64,000 nt of DNA, taken from positions 558,001-622,000 of the forward strand of contig JAYWIR010000040.1 of assembly GCA_036172245.1 (NCBI GenBank), in the 5' to 3' direction. The notes beneath the pieces were generated by a model that worked only from the letters and a program-made list of their open reading frames with translations, searched no databases and had not been told where the DNA came from. Source of the stretch: Raillietiella orientalis (lineage: Eukaryota). Shown in pieces: positions 28,160 through 39,500 of the stretch. A program made the position numbers and the translations under genes. Positions within the stretch are counted from its first letter, which is position 1. Each line of letters opens with the position of its first letter.

Positions 28160-28440
28160 TAGGATGTAATTATGCTTTGGCTGTTAGTAGTAATTTTTAC
28201 ACGCGATCTGACATTGGTTTGCATAATGGAATATCTATCAATTTTGAAAGTAGAATACGTGGTATTGGATTTGAATTATAAAGGAAATTTGAATTCGTAA
28301 TTATTTAAAAATTCTGCTAATATCCGTGCCAGCGGTTGCGGTTCAACGTAAGAGTTGAATTAACGTCGATACTTTATTAATGAAAATTTTTGGTTTAATA
28401 TGTAGGTATTAATTTTTTATAAGTTGTCGTTTGTAAAATA
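28160..28440 (+). pseudogene. rrnS: NUMT: 5' part of mitochondrial 12S rRNA
   Basis: AT-rich tract with GTGCCAGCGGTTGCGGTT at 28326 (SSU 530-loop, invertebrate mitochondrial variant GTGCCAGCAGTTGCGGTT) and an upstream TTTACACGCG remnant. Confidence 0.75.
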
Positions 28441-28499
28441 GGATGGCCAGAGGCATATACAGTTGTGGCCGTACAGTTAGTTTCGATCTTACATACATT

Positions 28500-28950
28500 A
28501 CTCCCATAGTACCCCTGTAATCTTCCTCCCAGAGATGGCACTCAACATAAAATTGAAAATTTTATTCCCTTCGGATGCTGAGGCATATTTAAATTCAAAT
28601 CCAACCACAACAAACTCATTTGCCAAAAAAAATCACCCCTCTCGAATAACAAATCACAAAACATACTCCACACTATTTCTATTCTACCATTCGGATAATT
28701 TTTGTTCATTGGCTGCCATTTTAGTCTTTTTAGCAGACTGAATTTGTTTTTCAATATCAATTGAAGTTTGGTTTTCATCCACGAGAACATTAGCACCATA
28801 CATTTTAGAACTATCTAGAACACCACTTTTCACCGTTGAACCCAAGTCGTTGTGATTAGTGGTTGTTGTCCCGTGAAGAGCATAAATTGATAATTTAATG
28901 ACCATGGAAAAGATCAGAAAATAAGGAATTGCTATATTTGCCATTGGCAA
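28500..28950 (-). pseudogene. nad4: NUMT: nad4 central/C-terminal fragment
   Basis: VIKLSIYALH...H...GSTVKSGVLDSSKMYG matches the spacing of nad4 VKxPxxxxHLWLPKAH...GSMILAGxxLKLGGYG; then QSAKKT (QxDLKS) and, in another frame, MSLLW...NM..HP. T/G-skewed strand. Confidence 0.6.
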
Positions 28951-29227
28951 TTTCGTAAGTCAAAGGGCATCAAAAGCAAACAGAAAAGTTAGCAAAAACG
29001 AAAGTAAATGTCTTCCTGTAACCGGAAAAAGTGCGATGGTCAAACGATCCGCAGCCACCCCATCATACGCGACGCACCCTCACTGTTCCCACCGTAATCC
29101 TGACCACAGGCCGAAAACACGAAAAACCGAAAAATGACCGTCACACGGCATCACAGCAAGCGTGGTCACCGCCCCCACAACCCACAACGCCCTCGACCCT
29201 TATTCTTGTTTTAAAAGTGAGAGTCAA

Positions 29228-29266
<39 letters not shown>
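29228..29266. repeat. (ATT)13 microsatellite
   Basis: Directly visible perfect trinucleotide run. Confidence 0.95.
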
Positions 29267-29268
<2 letters not shown>

Positions 29269-29429
29269 ATCAAATAAATTGCGCAGATGCAAAGTGAATG
29301 ACATGAACACTCCTTGAATTATTTCGTCTGAATAGTGCGGGAAAGACCCTGAAAGAAGGACGGCTGTGCACTCATAAGCACAAGTCGCAAATGGACAACC
29401 CTCTCTTAATGCGGTGGGGAAGAGGAGTG

Positions 29430-29640
29430 GGAAAAAAAAAAAAAAAAAACCGGAAGAGTGGAAGACAGCACTCGTCGAGATGCAAGAAGGCTAAGCAGTG
29501 GTGAGCGAACATTTCTCACTCCCTGCACCAGTTCTAGATGCAGATTGTAGACCTTTAAGGCTTCAGGTAGATGGAAAGCACATGCGAGCGAGGAATGCTC
29601 GTGCGACCTCGACAGAGGGTGCCACAAAAACCCCAAAGCG
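29430..29640 (-). mobile_element. LINE ORF2 C-terminal zinc-finger remnant
   Basis: FCG...SHEHSSLAC pattern followed by a pyrimidine-rich tail. Confidence 0.35.
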
Positions 29641-29679
29641 AATAAAATGGAATTGGTAATAGGTGTTGTAATTATTACT

Positions 29680-30650
29680 TCGGTAGTAGAGAAAGCGACT
29701 CTTTGGGGGCCCCCATCGGACCTTTATGATTTGCACCCATGTGATGTATTGGATTTCCTCCGGTGCACAGCTTCAAGCACACAGCTCGAGTTGTTCCCAG
29801 GTCACTGAAACGACCCCCCTCTCTGTTCCGAACAGGCGTGCACGGAGCTCGTTCGGCTGGTTCCGCGGTCTGGGGTCACTTTGGGGCAGTCGAGAGCAAA
29901 GCGGGAACACAGTGCAACCCCGAGATTCAGTGATCGTGATGGGCAAGGAAAATTTACGAATGACCATTCACGAAAGATAGATTTGGAAATGAAGCAGATT
30001 GATGAATCGCCCTTCACGTCTTTGAACGAGCCCTGTGGAAGAGTCCCCATGTCTTCTTTGAAGCCGGCATGGTCAGGTGCTACCATCTGATTTCACCTTG
30101 GGAGTGGAAACGAAAGTGGCGATCCCCGTGTGATGACTGATCCTGTTCATCATTAGTCTGCCTCCAAAAACCTTGCCCAAGCGGAACTCACGTGCCGTGC
30201 CCGAATCTTACCCTACCTCTTAGGCCCTTGGACACTTTTCCGTGTTATTCGGAAGGCAACTGACCTGGAATAACACCGGCTGCGATTTTCGAAAGACTAG
30301 TTTTCGTGTGGAAACCAGAATAGCCGATTTGATGCGAAACCCAACCCTGGGCGGCCTTGGGACCTGTCGATCCCGTTTTCCGAGCACTGCCACGTGGATC
30401 CGCTTGTGGCCGAAAACGTGGCATTCGATGTTCGCGTGGCACGGCATTCGTGCAATGGTTAATCTTGCAAAAGGGGAGCAGCCTTCGATCGCTCCAATTC
30501 AAGAATTCTATGGATGCTTGAAGAGCGTTATTGAAATTCTGCACATTCTGGAGGAAGATGAACAGTTTAAAATTAAGCAGCAAAAAAAGGGGATGAAAGC
30601 TCGTCTTGCGAGGAGCCTTTAGTGGGTGAAAAGAGACTGATACGCGGATG
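29680..30650 (+). mobile_element. Decayed L1/Tx1-like RT fragment
   Basis: LTWNN...LMRNPTLGGLG (FxW...P...GGLG motif) with upstream YLG-like remnant. Confidence 0.5.
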
Positions 30651-30849
30651 CAGGATTTGAATTAGATAAATGAAATTTTACAGCTTTTTCATGGGTTCGA
30701 GGTTTTTCGTCGAAATGTAAGGAAATGAGGGACAGTGCCCACAGCGGTTTGGCCAACCGTTCCTATTTAATTCGCGCTTTCGCCTATGTTTTGCACCACA
30801 CGCATCATCGCCACTCACATCCTTGAATATGTTGCAGCACTGGCACTTA

Positions 30850-31800
30850 TTACTAGGAAGCCACAACGGGAAAAAGATCTTCACAGTTCATGGACGGATC
30901 TGTGTCTGCTTCAACTTTCTGATCAGGCAGATCTGATTGCATAGGAGATGCTGGTGGTAGTGCAGGATCTTCGGTGAACTTTTCGATCAAAGTTTGGATG
31001 GCTTTCTGAGAAATGAGAAAAATCCTCCTCGTCGCGATTGCTAATCCCTGAATCCCTCTGCTGGCGAGGTCGCCGTATCTTGCGAGGGAACCACCCTGAA
31101 GGCGTAGCCAAAGGGGATGCATGACAGCGAGGAGACTTGCGTGGGATGTCTTTTGGATCGAACTGTTGTTGATTTCCTTGGCGACTTTTCCTCTTGTGGA
31201 TGCCTTTGCAATAAAACGCCCGATAGCATCTCGTGAGGCAAACAAAATAGTCTGCTTGCATCCACCAGAGAAAGATGGTGGGCGCACTGGAATTTTTGGT
31301 GTATCCAACGTGTTAAGCGATGATGGTGATTCAAAAGAAAAATGCAAACTGTGAAGGTGGTCCGAATTCACTAAGCTGAGAAGGGCTACCGTGCTCTGCC
31401 TTAACACCGATGTCAATTTCTGCGGAGGGACGAGGATGCTCTTCCCAGAAAGGATAAGTTCGCCTACGACGGAGGAGAAACTTCAAGATGCACGAAGAAC
31501 CAAAGAACACGAGCTTCAGATTGAGGGATAGGCAGGATGCCAGGGAACGAATTCCCATCTGATTCCGGAATGCAAAGGATCGAAGGAAGATGAAAAGAGG
31601 GCGAGACGTGCAGCAAAGTGACGAGCTGTCAGGTGCTCAGCTGAGGTACGAGAGGACTCCATTTGGTACTTGCATCCAGGTGCCACCAGAGAAATGATTC
31701 TTGCTGCTCTCCGTTGCTTGAATCCTGGACGTCTCTGGTGAAAATGCGTGTTGGTTTCAAGGAGGAGAGATGAATCCTGACGGAGGGAACAGCTGATGAG
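30850..31800 (-). mobile_element. LINE endonuclease/linker fragment
   Basis: NSDH motif in ORF 30853..31416; the rest is degraded. Confidence 0.35.
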
Positions 31801-32639
31801 ATCCTGGAGCGACGAGCCACTTTCTCATGTGGTCATGTGACGCAGGGCATGTAATGGCATGAATTTCCTTTTTCCCGCAACTGCTGTTTTAATGTGTTTT
31901 AAATCAGTGGCTGCAGGCCGATAAAAATTGGGCACGCTGAAATAGACAGAGAAGTTACGTATGGTGTGGTAACACACTTGAATGATTAAGCATTTTATGA
32001 CGGTCGAAGCCTCCCCTCCCCTTTCCCCCATTTCACCTCCGGTCCTGCTGGATGGGATTTCTGTAGGGTCCATTGCGCAGGCTTGAAAGATGGGAAAAGA
32101 TTCAGAGCTGGGGTGCAGGTATTCATTTGGACTTGGCGTCTTCCGGGTTTGGTTCAGAATCCCCAACGCCGAAATCCAGAGCGATGAAAATCCCGAAAGA
32201 TCTTAAAAACAAGGACATTTAATTCATGCACAGATCTAAACATAATAAAAATGAATGCATATGCGTTTTATGTATATTGAGATATATATATCTGCAAATT
32301 TATTTTCACAAACATACTTATTAAGGTGATTCATGATATGTGTCAATATACATTATTAGGATATATGTAATGCAGCGTGTAAAACGTGAGCATATATGTT
32401 TGCTATATATATATATTTACACACATGATAAACATGTATTGAATGAATATATAAATACCGAATTTTAACAACTGAATTTTAATAATTGAGGCCATTGAAA
32501 ATGGTGGAAGAAAATAAAGGAGCAAACAAATTGAAAAATTTATATGTAGATTGATGTATAGATGAATACATATTATAAAGAAAGAATTTTTTTTTAAATA
32601 AAGATATGCTTATCACGTATATAAGTATGCATACTCATA

Positions 32640-33420
32640 TATAGATTCCTGCATTAATTAATTCCTTAGTAGTCCTCGCGTGGCAGTCCTCGAAACTCCT
32701 TACATGCCGGCGTTGGTTTCCTTTTGATAGAGAAGGAGTGTACCTCATTCGAGTTTTGGTGTACAAATGCGGTACATCATAATTTACCCTACGGGTGTCC
32801 GCAGCTGTCATAATTGCTGTGACGATATGTAACCATGCAAAACATCGTTGGGAAATATACATGCCCAGTGGAGGGTGCAGCATCTGCGGCGTTTGGAAAA
32901 AGAAATTCATGCCATGACACGTTGTCAGAATTGGTTAGGAAACTCTTAAGTGGTCCTGCTGCTCACATGCTGCCTTGATGTCCAAAATGTAAATTAGATG
33001 TAATGTACCAGCGAAGTGAATACCTCTTAGTTTCCTGCAAGAGATAAATGAATTACTGGAAACCTTAGCGAAAGAAGCAAACGGACGCTGATGTAATGCT
33101 CCACACGGAAGTATTGAGTACATATTGAATAATGATGCTCCCCAAAGGCATTGGATGTCGTTTGCGATGGGAGGGCTCACATGTAATTGTGCCAAATGCA
33201 TGATCACTGCTCAGCCTGGAGAAACCGTTAACGAGTAGCGCGTAATAGCTATCCCGATTTTCTTTGAAAGCAGCTTAGTTTCGTGTGGTAATCTTCCGTG
33301 ATCTCCGTCCCAAGTTATGGGGGGCTTCGAGCCGCGTGGTGGTTGCCACGAGCGATCATTTGACAAACCAGCACACATGTCCACGTTGAGACTCCGCAGA
33401 TTGCGTCTCTCGAGGGATGC
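32640..33420 (-). mobile_element. Possible P-element/THAP9-like transposase C-terminal remnant followed by AT-rich tract
   Basis: SCGH...LYTKTR-like ending and a weak GxxND motif; low similarity only. Confidence 0.25.
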
Positions 33421-33487
33421 TGCTGCTTCCTCTTCAAAACCCTTGTATGTTTTAACGTGTGAATCACCATGGTCTATTAATCAGCTC

Positions 33488-33630
33488 GAATAGAGATCAC
33501 TTAGCATTTTTTATTGGGTTTTGAGGTATTGTTTATGGGTACTTTGGCTGTTGGGTTGTTTCGAGTTCTTGATGTCCTCAGGATGAAGAATGAGGATCTT
33601 GGCAATGGTAAGGGAACAAGGCTGATGCTC
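33488..33630 (+). pseudogene. nad4L: Probable NUMT: nad4L fragment
   Basis: NRDHL.(frameshift)FLLGFEVLFM and ILAMVREQG, versus NRKHLLSMLLSLEFIVL and ILVSMIRTHG; T/G-rich. Confidence 0.55.
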
Positions 33631-33661
33631 TTTGTTTATGGGTACTTTGGCTGTTGGGTTG
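33529..33661 (+). repeat. 30-bp perfect direct repeat (33529-33558 and 33632-33661)
   Basis: TTGTTTATGGGTACTTTGGCTGTTGGGTTG occurs twice, 73 bp apart. Confidence 0.9.
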
Positions 33662-33749
33662 GTTTATGGATGTGATGTACAAGCTAAGAAATCCAGAGCA
33701 TCTCTCAAGATACAACGTCTTGGAGCTTTCCAGTATTAGCTTTAGTGAT

Positions 33750-35300
33750 TCTCAGAAAGATGATTCGATTAAACTTGATTGATAGATAAACAGATAGATG
33801 GAGTGCACGATGGTGCCTGAGTGGCTTTGGAAGATTCTCTCGACGCATGGAAGGGAGAATCCAACGGCCCTCTAGGTCCATGCAGTTTCACTGTGGTCAG
33901 CTCTGCGCTTGCTCCGTTGCCGGTTGCGCCAACATTCCTCCTGTACTGTTTCGCGAAATTTCGCATCTTCAGGAGCATCAAGGTCTCCATGCCTCCGCCA
34001 ATCGTTGACAACTGTAAGGTACTATTTGCATGCATGCCTTATGCTTACGAGTCCAAAAAAATTCTGAATCCTCTGGAATTCATCTCAATGTGTTCAGGAA
34101 TCAAGCTCCATTGAGTTTTGTGTTTTCCCTTGACCAGAAGCTCTGACTGACAAATTCGCTTGAGAATCAGCTTTTTAGCATTTCCAGCCAAAAGAGCGCT
34201 TTGGGGACCGCTTTCGTTTGTGAACCAAGAAATCTGTGGAGGCATTCGTTCTTCAGAGAACGTGGAGCAAGGAATTGAGAGAATTCATTCCCGAGAGAGA
34301 CAATCTCTTTTCCAGAGTATTTTTACCGGTTTCCTTCCATCCATTAGTTGCCTGGAATTCCATTTTACTGTAGGAGACATCCCGGCCTCTTAGGACTCTT
34401 TATCTGTTGCATTCTTGGATAAACTGGTACTGAAGACATGGCCGGTAGTGTTTGCTGCTATTCCTGAATTCTATCCCTGTCCTTCTCAGAGGGAACACAG
34501 AAAAACTCTCAACCTTCTTTCCGAAGGATTTGCCCAAGAGGAATGGAATTTCATCTTGTCCCTCATGTGGAACCCTCTTCTGCTCAGGTGATCAGTCCAT
34601 CGTACTCTGGAATGCACTCGCAGAGGAGCAAGGACCGTGCTCCTGTGTTCCGAGAGCACGGAAACAGCTCAAATAGAGCACAGTTATGCTGGAGAGATCA
34701 CCGACGCTTTTCGTCATTCCAGAACACTTACCAGTCATCTCTGCATCATCTGTTCCACAGAGCCTATTTCGGAATACGATAAAAAAAAAAGAAAGAACCA
34801 AATCCATCTGAGCTATTCCATAAATTCATAAAGACTATCAATTGCTGTAAGCTAAGTGGCAAGATTCAAGAGCGTTGTAAACAAACCAGTTTTGGTTGCC
34901 CGTGGAGAACATCCGGGTTTCCAACAGCCTGTGTAAAAGTTCGTCATAATGCATGGAGACAGTTCGAGAGGAATTGAAGTTCTTCAAGTTGAAAATTTCC
35001 AAGGGATGTCATAGATATTTTGTTATTGGAGACAGCACTCATGGATGAATACCGAGATGAAGCCATAAAACACGAAGTTTATCAAATAAGATAGAGCACT
35101 GCGATTATGAATGCCCTGAGTGAAGTTATCACCAAAGGAAAGAGTGAGAGCATTTGATGGAAGGGAATTTGAAGAATTCCTGCTGGACAAGGGTGAGAGA
35201 CCTTGGGAGATCATCCGTTGGATCGAGTGAATAGTGAATAGTCTCTTTCTTTGACAGTCTGGAAGGAAGTTTTTTTTTTTTTTTTTTCTAAAAAAAAAAA
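33750..35300 (-). mobile_element. Decayed L1-like RT
   Basis: Weak ordered remnants of FY, KAF, GVxQG and GGG motifs on the minus strand. Confidence 0.4.
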
Positions 35301-36549
35301 AAAAAGAATGCACTCTATGGAACACTCTGGAAGCAAGTGACGTTCTTTAAGGCTTCATGAAATCTGTAGACTGAAAAGAATAAACAAGAATAGGATACAA
35401 GAACGGAAAAAGCACAAGTTGGTTTGATGGTTTGATGCCATGTGCTAACATCATGGCAGGGGAATGGCTCAAGGGCGAACAACAGGCATCTAAGAGTCAC
35501 GACAAGCTCCTCAATCTTATTTTGTGGATGGTGAGAAACAGAGCTGGGATCCGAGGGAACTATGACGGTATATCTCGTCGTTTCCAAGAACGGAATATCA
35601 ATGGTTTGCTGAAGCAGCACTCATCTTTGCCAACCGTGAGTGGAGCGATCAAGAGAAGCGGCCATTTTTCTGGATTTCCAGTGAAGGGGGAGAACTCGGG
35701 TCTGCGTCTCCCACTCGTGGACCGAGAGCATCCGTGTTTTCCTCGTCTTTCTTTTGCTTTTGGTGAGGCACGGTGCCTCGTCCGGCACTCCGCGGTAGGT
35801 TTTCCTCGCGTTCTACAGATGCTGCTCAGCGAAAGGCCTCAAATAACAGAATTCAGGATCTGATGCTTCCTTGCAACACGCCTCGGAGAGCCAAAGATGC
35901 TTCCCATGAGAAGCAAAGATTTGTCGTGGCAGGTTGGGTGAGAGTTGGGCGGGGTAGCGATGAGTAGTTGTGGATACCTGAGTCAGAAGGGAGAAAAAAA
36001 AAAAAAAAAATCTCCCTTTCATCATTTTATCCATAAGGGAAGGGGGAATTAGCTAGAAAAAGGGATTGCAGCACTGGTTTAGAATCGTCGGTTCCTGCGG
36101 GCTAGAGGTCACGTTGTAGTCGCTCGCCGCGGACAGTGAGCAGATTTGGTAGTTGGAGCTCCCTTCTCTCTGATGAATGAAAATCCCATGTTCGAGGCCT
36201 TCCGAGCGGGGGTGGGCAAACCATTTTCGGAAATGAGTGGAATGCACCGTCGCAACCACCCTAAGTGGTTCCCCGCTCTCAAGGCTACGGATGTCAGCTT
36301 CATTGTATTTTCCCTCGTTCATCATCATGGATATGCCCTCGTCCACGCATCCCCCCCCCCCTCTTCCCTCCATTCCTGCTTCGCCATTTTCTTTGGAGGG
36401 AAGGAAGATGAGAAATGAAATTACCAGTTTTTAATCTGTAGTATCGTGAAGGTGATCGCCGAAGGGGGCGGAGTCCAACCCTAACCGCAAGACTCTGAGA
36501 GCTTGCGTGCTTACCAGGTTCTTTAGATCTTCATTTCCGTCCCTCATGT

Positions 36550-39500
36550 CGGAATTCCATTAGAACGCCTCCTTCGAGGCACGAAGGTTGTGTATTCTTT
36601 GTTTCTCGGAGCAACCTTCAAGAAACCCTCTGCCTTCAAGAGCGACCCTCAGGAAACTGCTTCTGGTTTGCGGAAGGGTTGGGCAGGGAACGAAGCTTCC
36701 GTGATCGCGTGCTGATGATTCCGTCGTTGCCAAAACTCAGCCATCTGCCAGTGGTCTTATGCCTAACCGGTTTCCCTCTTTCCCCTTCCCACTTCTCACT
36801 ATGGAGACTTCCGAGAGCACAGGGGTGCTTGTGCGCACCAGTGTCATGCACGTCCTTCAGAAAACCTCCAACGTTGCTCGGCCGGCTGTTTGTGAGAGTA
36901 GCTCTTCCTATTCCACAGTTCGGACTTGGCAATTCTGCAGCCACATCCGCTCTTGAAGTACTCCAGTATCTCAGACATATGGCCTCCATCTACTTAGAGG
37001 GTCACTCTTGCCCTTCTCACCGATCCCTTCCGTCCGGGAACTCCTCCTCCCTATGGTCAATGTATCGGTTCTGACCTGACTGGAAAGTCAAGTCAATCCA
37101 GGATACCCTGAGATTTTTTTCAAGTTGGTATCGCCGTCGAACGGTCAACGAGATGGCTATTCAAAAGGCAGTTGTCTCATTTTATGATCAGACTGGCGAC
37201 GTCGCTTGGAGAACTTGGCTTTTTTTTTTTTTTTTAATTCCAAGGAGGTTTCTTAAAGAGTTTCGAAAAGAGCGAGAAAGAGGAAATCGTTCAGTATGCG
37301 AAATTCCCTTTCAGCTCCTACCACCCTCTGAGCATGGGTATTCTGGAATCAGGATGCCATCCCATCCTGGGAATTTGCCTCTCACTTGATGACAGGCAAA
37401 ACTCCGTCCACGGGATTGCTTCTGTGCCGCCGTTACTGCCTGTCAGCCCCGATTCAGTCGCTGAGGCAATCACCCTCGTCAGAACACTCTGGATATTCCA
37501 GAGCCTCATTTACCTGAAGACTCTCCCGCTAGCACATTAGTGAAGAAGGCGTTCCATGAGATTCCCTGTGGCTCCTCAAGCACATCGGCAAGATTCAACC
37601 ACGTAGCATTGAGGAAATTCGATAACATCCTTCGCATCTTCATAACGACTGGCATCAGGTGGTTCCAAGATTGGGCATCATGTAGAAGGCTGCTTGGTTC
37701 CCAAGAATACCTGGCAGCAAACCGCTTATGTGCGCACTGCAAGGACAGAAGAAAAAAAAGCACAAACAAATTTTAATTGAAACTTTCAGCGGAGAAAACT
37801 AGCGAGAGATATGCGTTTCCAAAGGTCACGGATAGTTCTTCGAGCATCTCACTGTTATCTATTAACTGAAAGGCAAACCGATGGATGGTTTCATCGGAGA
37901 ACGTGCAGTCCTGCTTGGCCAATTTGTTCCGAGACCAAATTAATGAGATTAAAGTGCAGCTGGATTCCAGCCTTCGAAACAGTTTGGGTACTGGTGGTCG
38001 AAGGTGGCGGAGCAAAGGATGGCAAAGGCAAAAAAGAAATCGAAATGGTTCCAGAAAAAGACGCTGCTTGCTGATAGTGGTCTCGTCAGCAATCAGTCCG
38101 CCCTCCACTTGAACACTGCATGAGATCGTGGACGTTTAGATTTGAACCTTGGGGAAAAAAACTTTCCAACATTTCCGGCAGACTTTTTAGGGCATTTCCA
38201 GCAGGAGTCTCACATGCAGAGGCAAGAAAAAAGGCAAACTCTTCCGCGCGTTTGGTCTTTCAAACATTGAAAGACGGATCAGCATTTAATCTAGTGTTGG
38301 ATCTTCCAGTCGCCCATTCGAGCTCCAGTGTTTGGTATTCCATCCCTCTTTAGTGTCGTTTGCACTTTCTATAGGCGGGAAGTTTTGCAGCAGCAGTCCC
38401 AGAAGAAGGGTCGCATACAAAAAACAGGGATGGCGCTTGAACCTGACTAACCTGTAGGGGTTCGTTCTGAGAGCGAAAGACGGATACATTGCAGATCCTT
38501 TGCAATCAATGGCTGACATTGAATGCATGGAGAACCCCTTCTGGAGACTCTGGAGTGCGTGGAGAAGACTCGGCTTTTCCCGCAAGCCTAGTCTTCCATG
38601 GGGCATTGCCACATAGCTGCGACAAAAAAAGGGAAGAAACTGAGCCCGCTATAATGGAACTTTCTCGCAAGTCCTTTGGAATGTTGCACAGAAGAGGTTG
38701 AGGTGTTTTCTTTGATTCCTTTCAGAAATCGGGATGAATGCAAAACCTCCATCTTCTTTCCTTCCTTCTCCTGGAAAAGAAAGCGCCCTCCAGGTACCCG
38801 AGCACTCCAGATCCCAGACGACAGCCTCTCTGGACAAAGAGTTCCAGGGAGGATGGGGAAGCCTCAGGTTCTCGTCTCAGCATCTAACCGTTCCTTCCTC
38901 TCCTTCTTTCAGGAACTCTTCTTGCACTTCAGAGGTATCCAGCTGTCACAGTCCCATTGTCTTCTCTTCTCTCTGTCCAGAAACATTGAGGAACGCGCAG
39001 TCACTCCCTGATCAAAGTCCACATCGTTTATGCAGCTACTTTTCTCCCGCTCTTCTCGGGAATATTAGTTTGCCTTCGGTCCACGGACGAACAACAGCAT
39101 CGACTTTCTGATCTCGTCATGAAGACAAGTCGCGAATAGTCCTCATGGGGGAGGGAAGAAGAAAAGAAAGGTTGGGGCGGGGAAAGGTACCTGGAAGCCT
39201 CGGTCCACTGCTCTGTTCATCCGGACAGAATGACCACCTACAGCAGGGAGACGCTGTAGCCCTACTCCGGATGCGGTTTGTTCTTCTTCGTGGTGGGACG
39301 GAGTGACGGGGGACGGAGTGACGGCTCTTCTGCAGAGGGAAGAGTTCGGATGTGGCTCCGAATAAGAGGATGTCTGTCTCCACAGATGCCCCTCGCATGC
39401 ATGGAGCGCTTCTCAAGACTGGTTCCATCCTCTTCTAATTCTCTTCCTCCCAAACAGCGCTGCTGTTGCTCAGGAGTGGCTATCGCGAAGTCTCGTAGCC

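Noticed and set aside
28684..28950. 88-aa ORF with hydrophobic N-terminus as a secreted or viral protein
   Set aside because: Better explained as decayed nad4 (motif spacing, strand skew, adjacent 12S).
32200..32640. Mitochondrial control region NUMT
   Set aside because: AT/TA-rich only; no diagnostic feature separates it from a transposon end or simple AT-rich DNA.
33529..33661. CRISPR-like repeat-spacer-repeat
   Set aside because: Only two copies, eukaryotic context, no cas genes, and the repeat is internal nad4L-like sequence.
35270..35305. Poly-T/poly-A inverted run as a terminator or hairpin
   Set aside because: One of many homopolymer expansions in the window; slippage or sequencing error is more likely.
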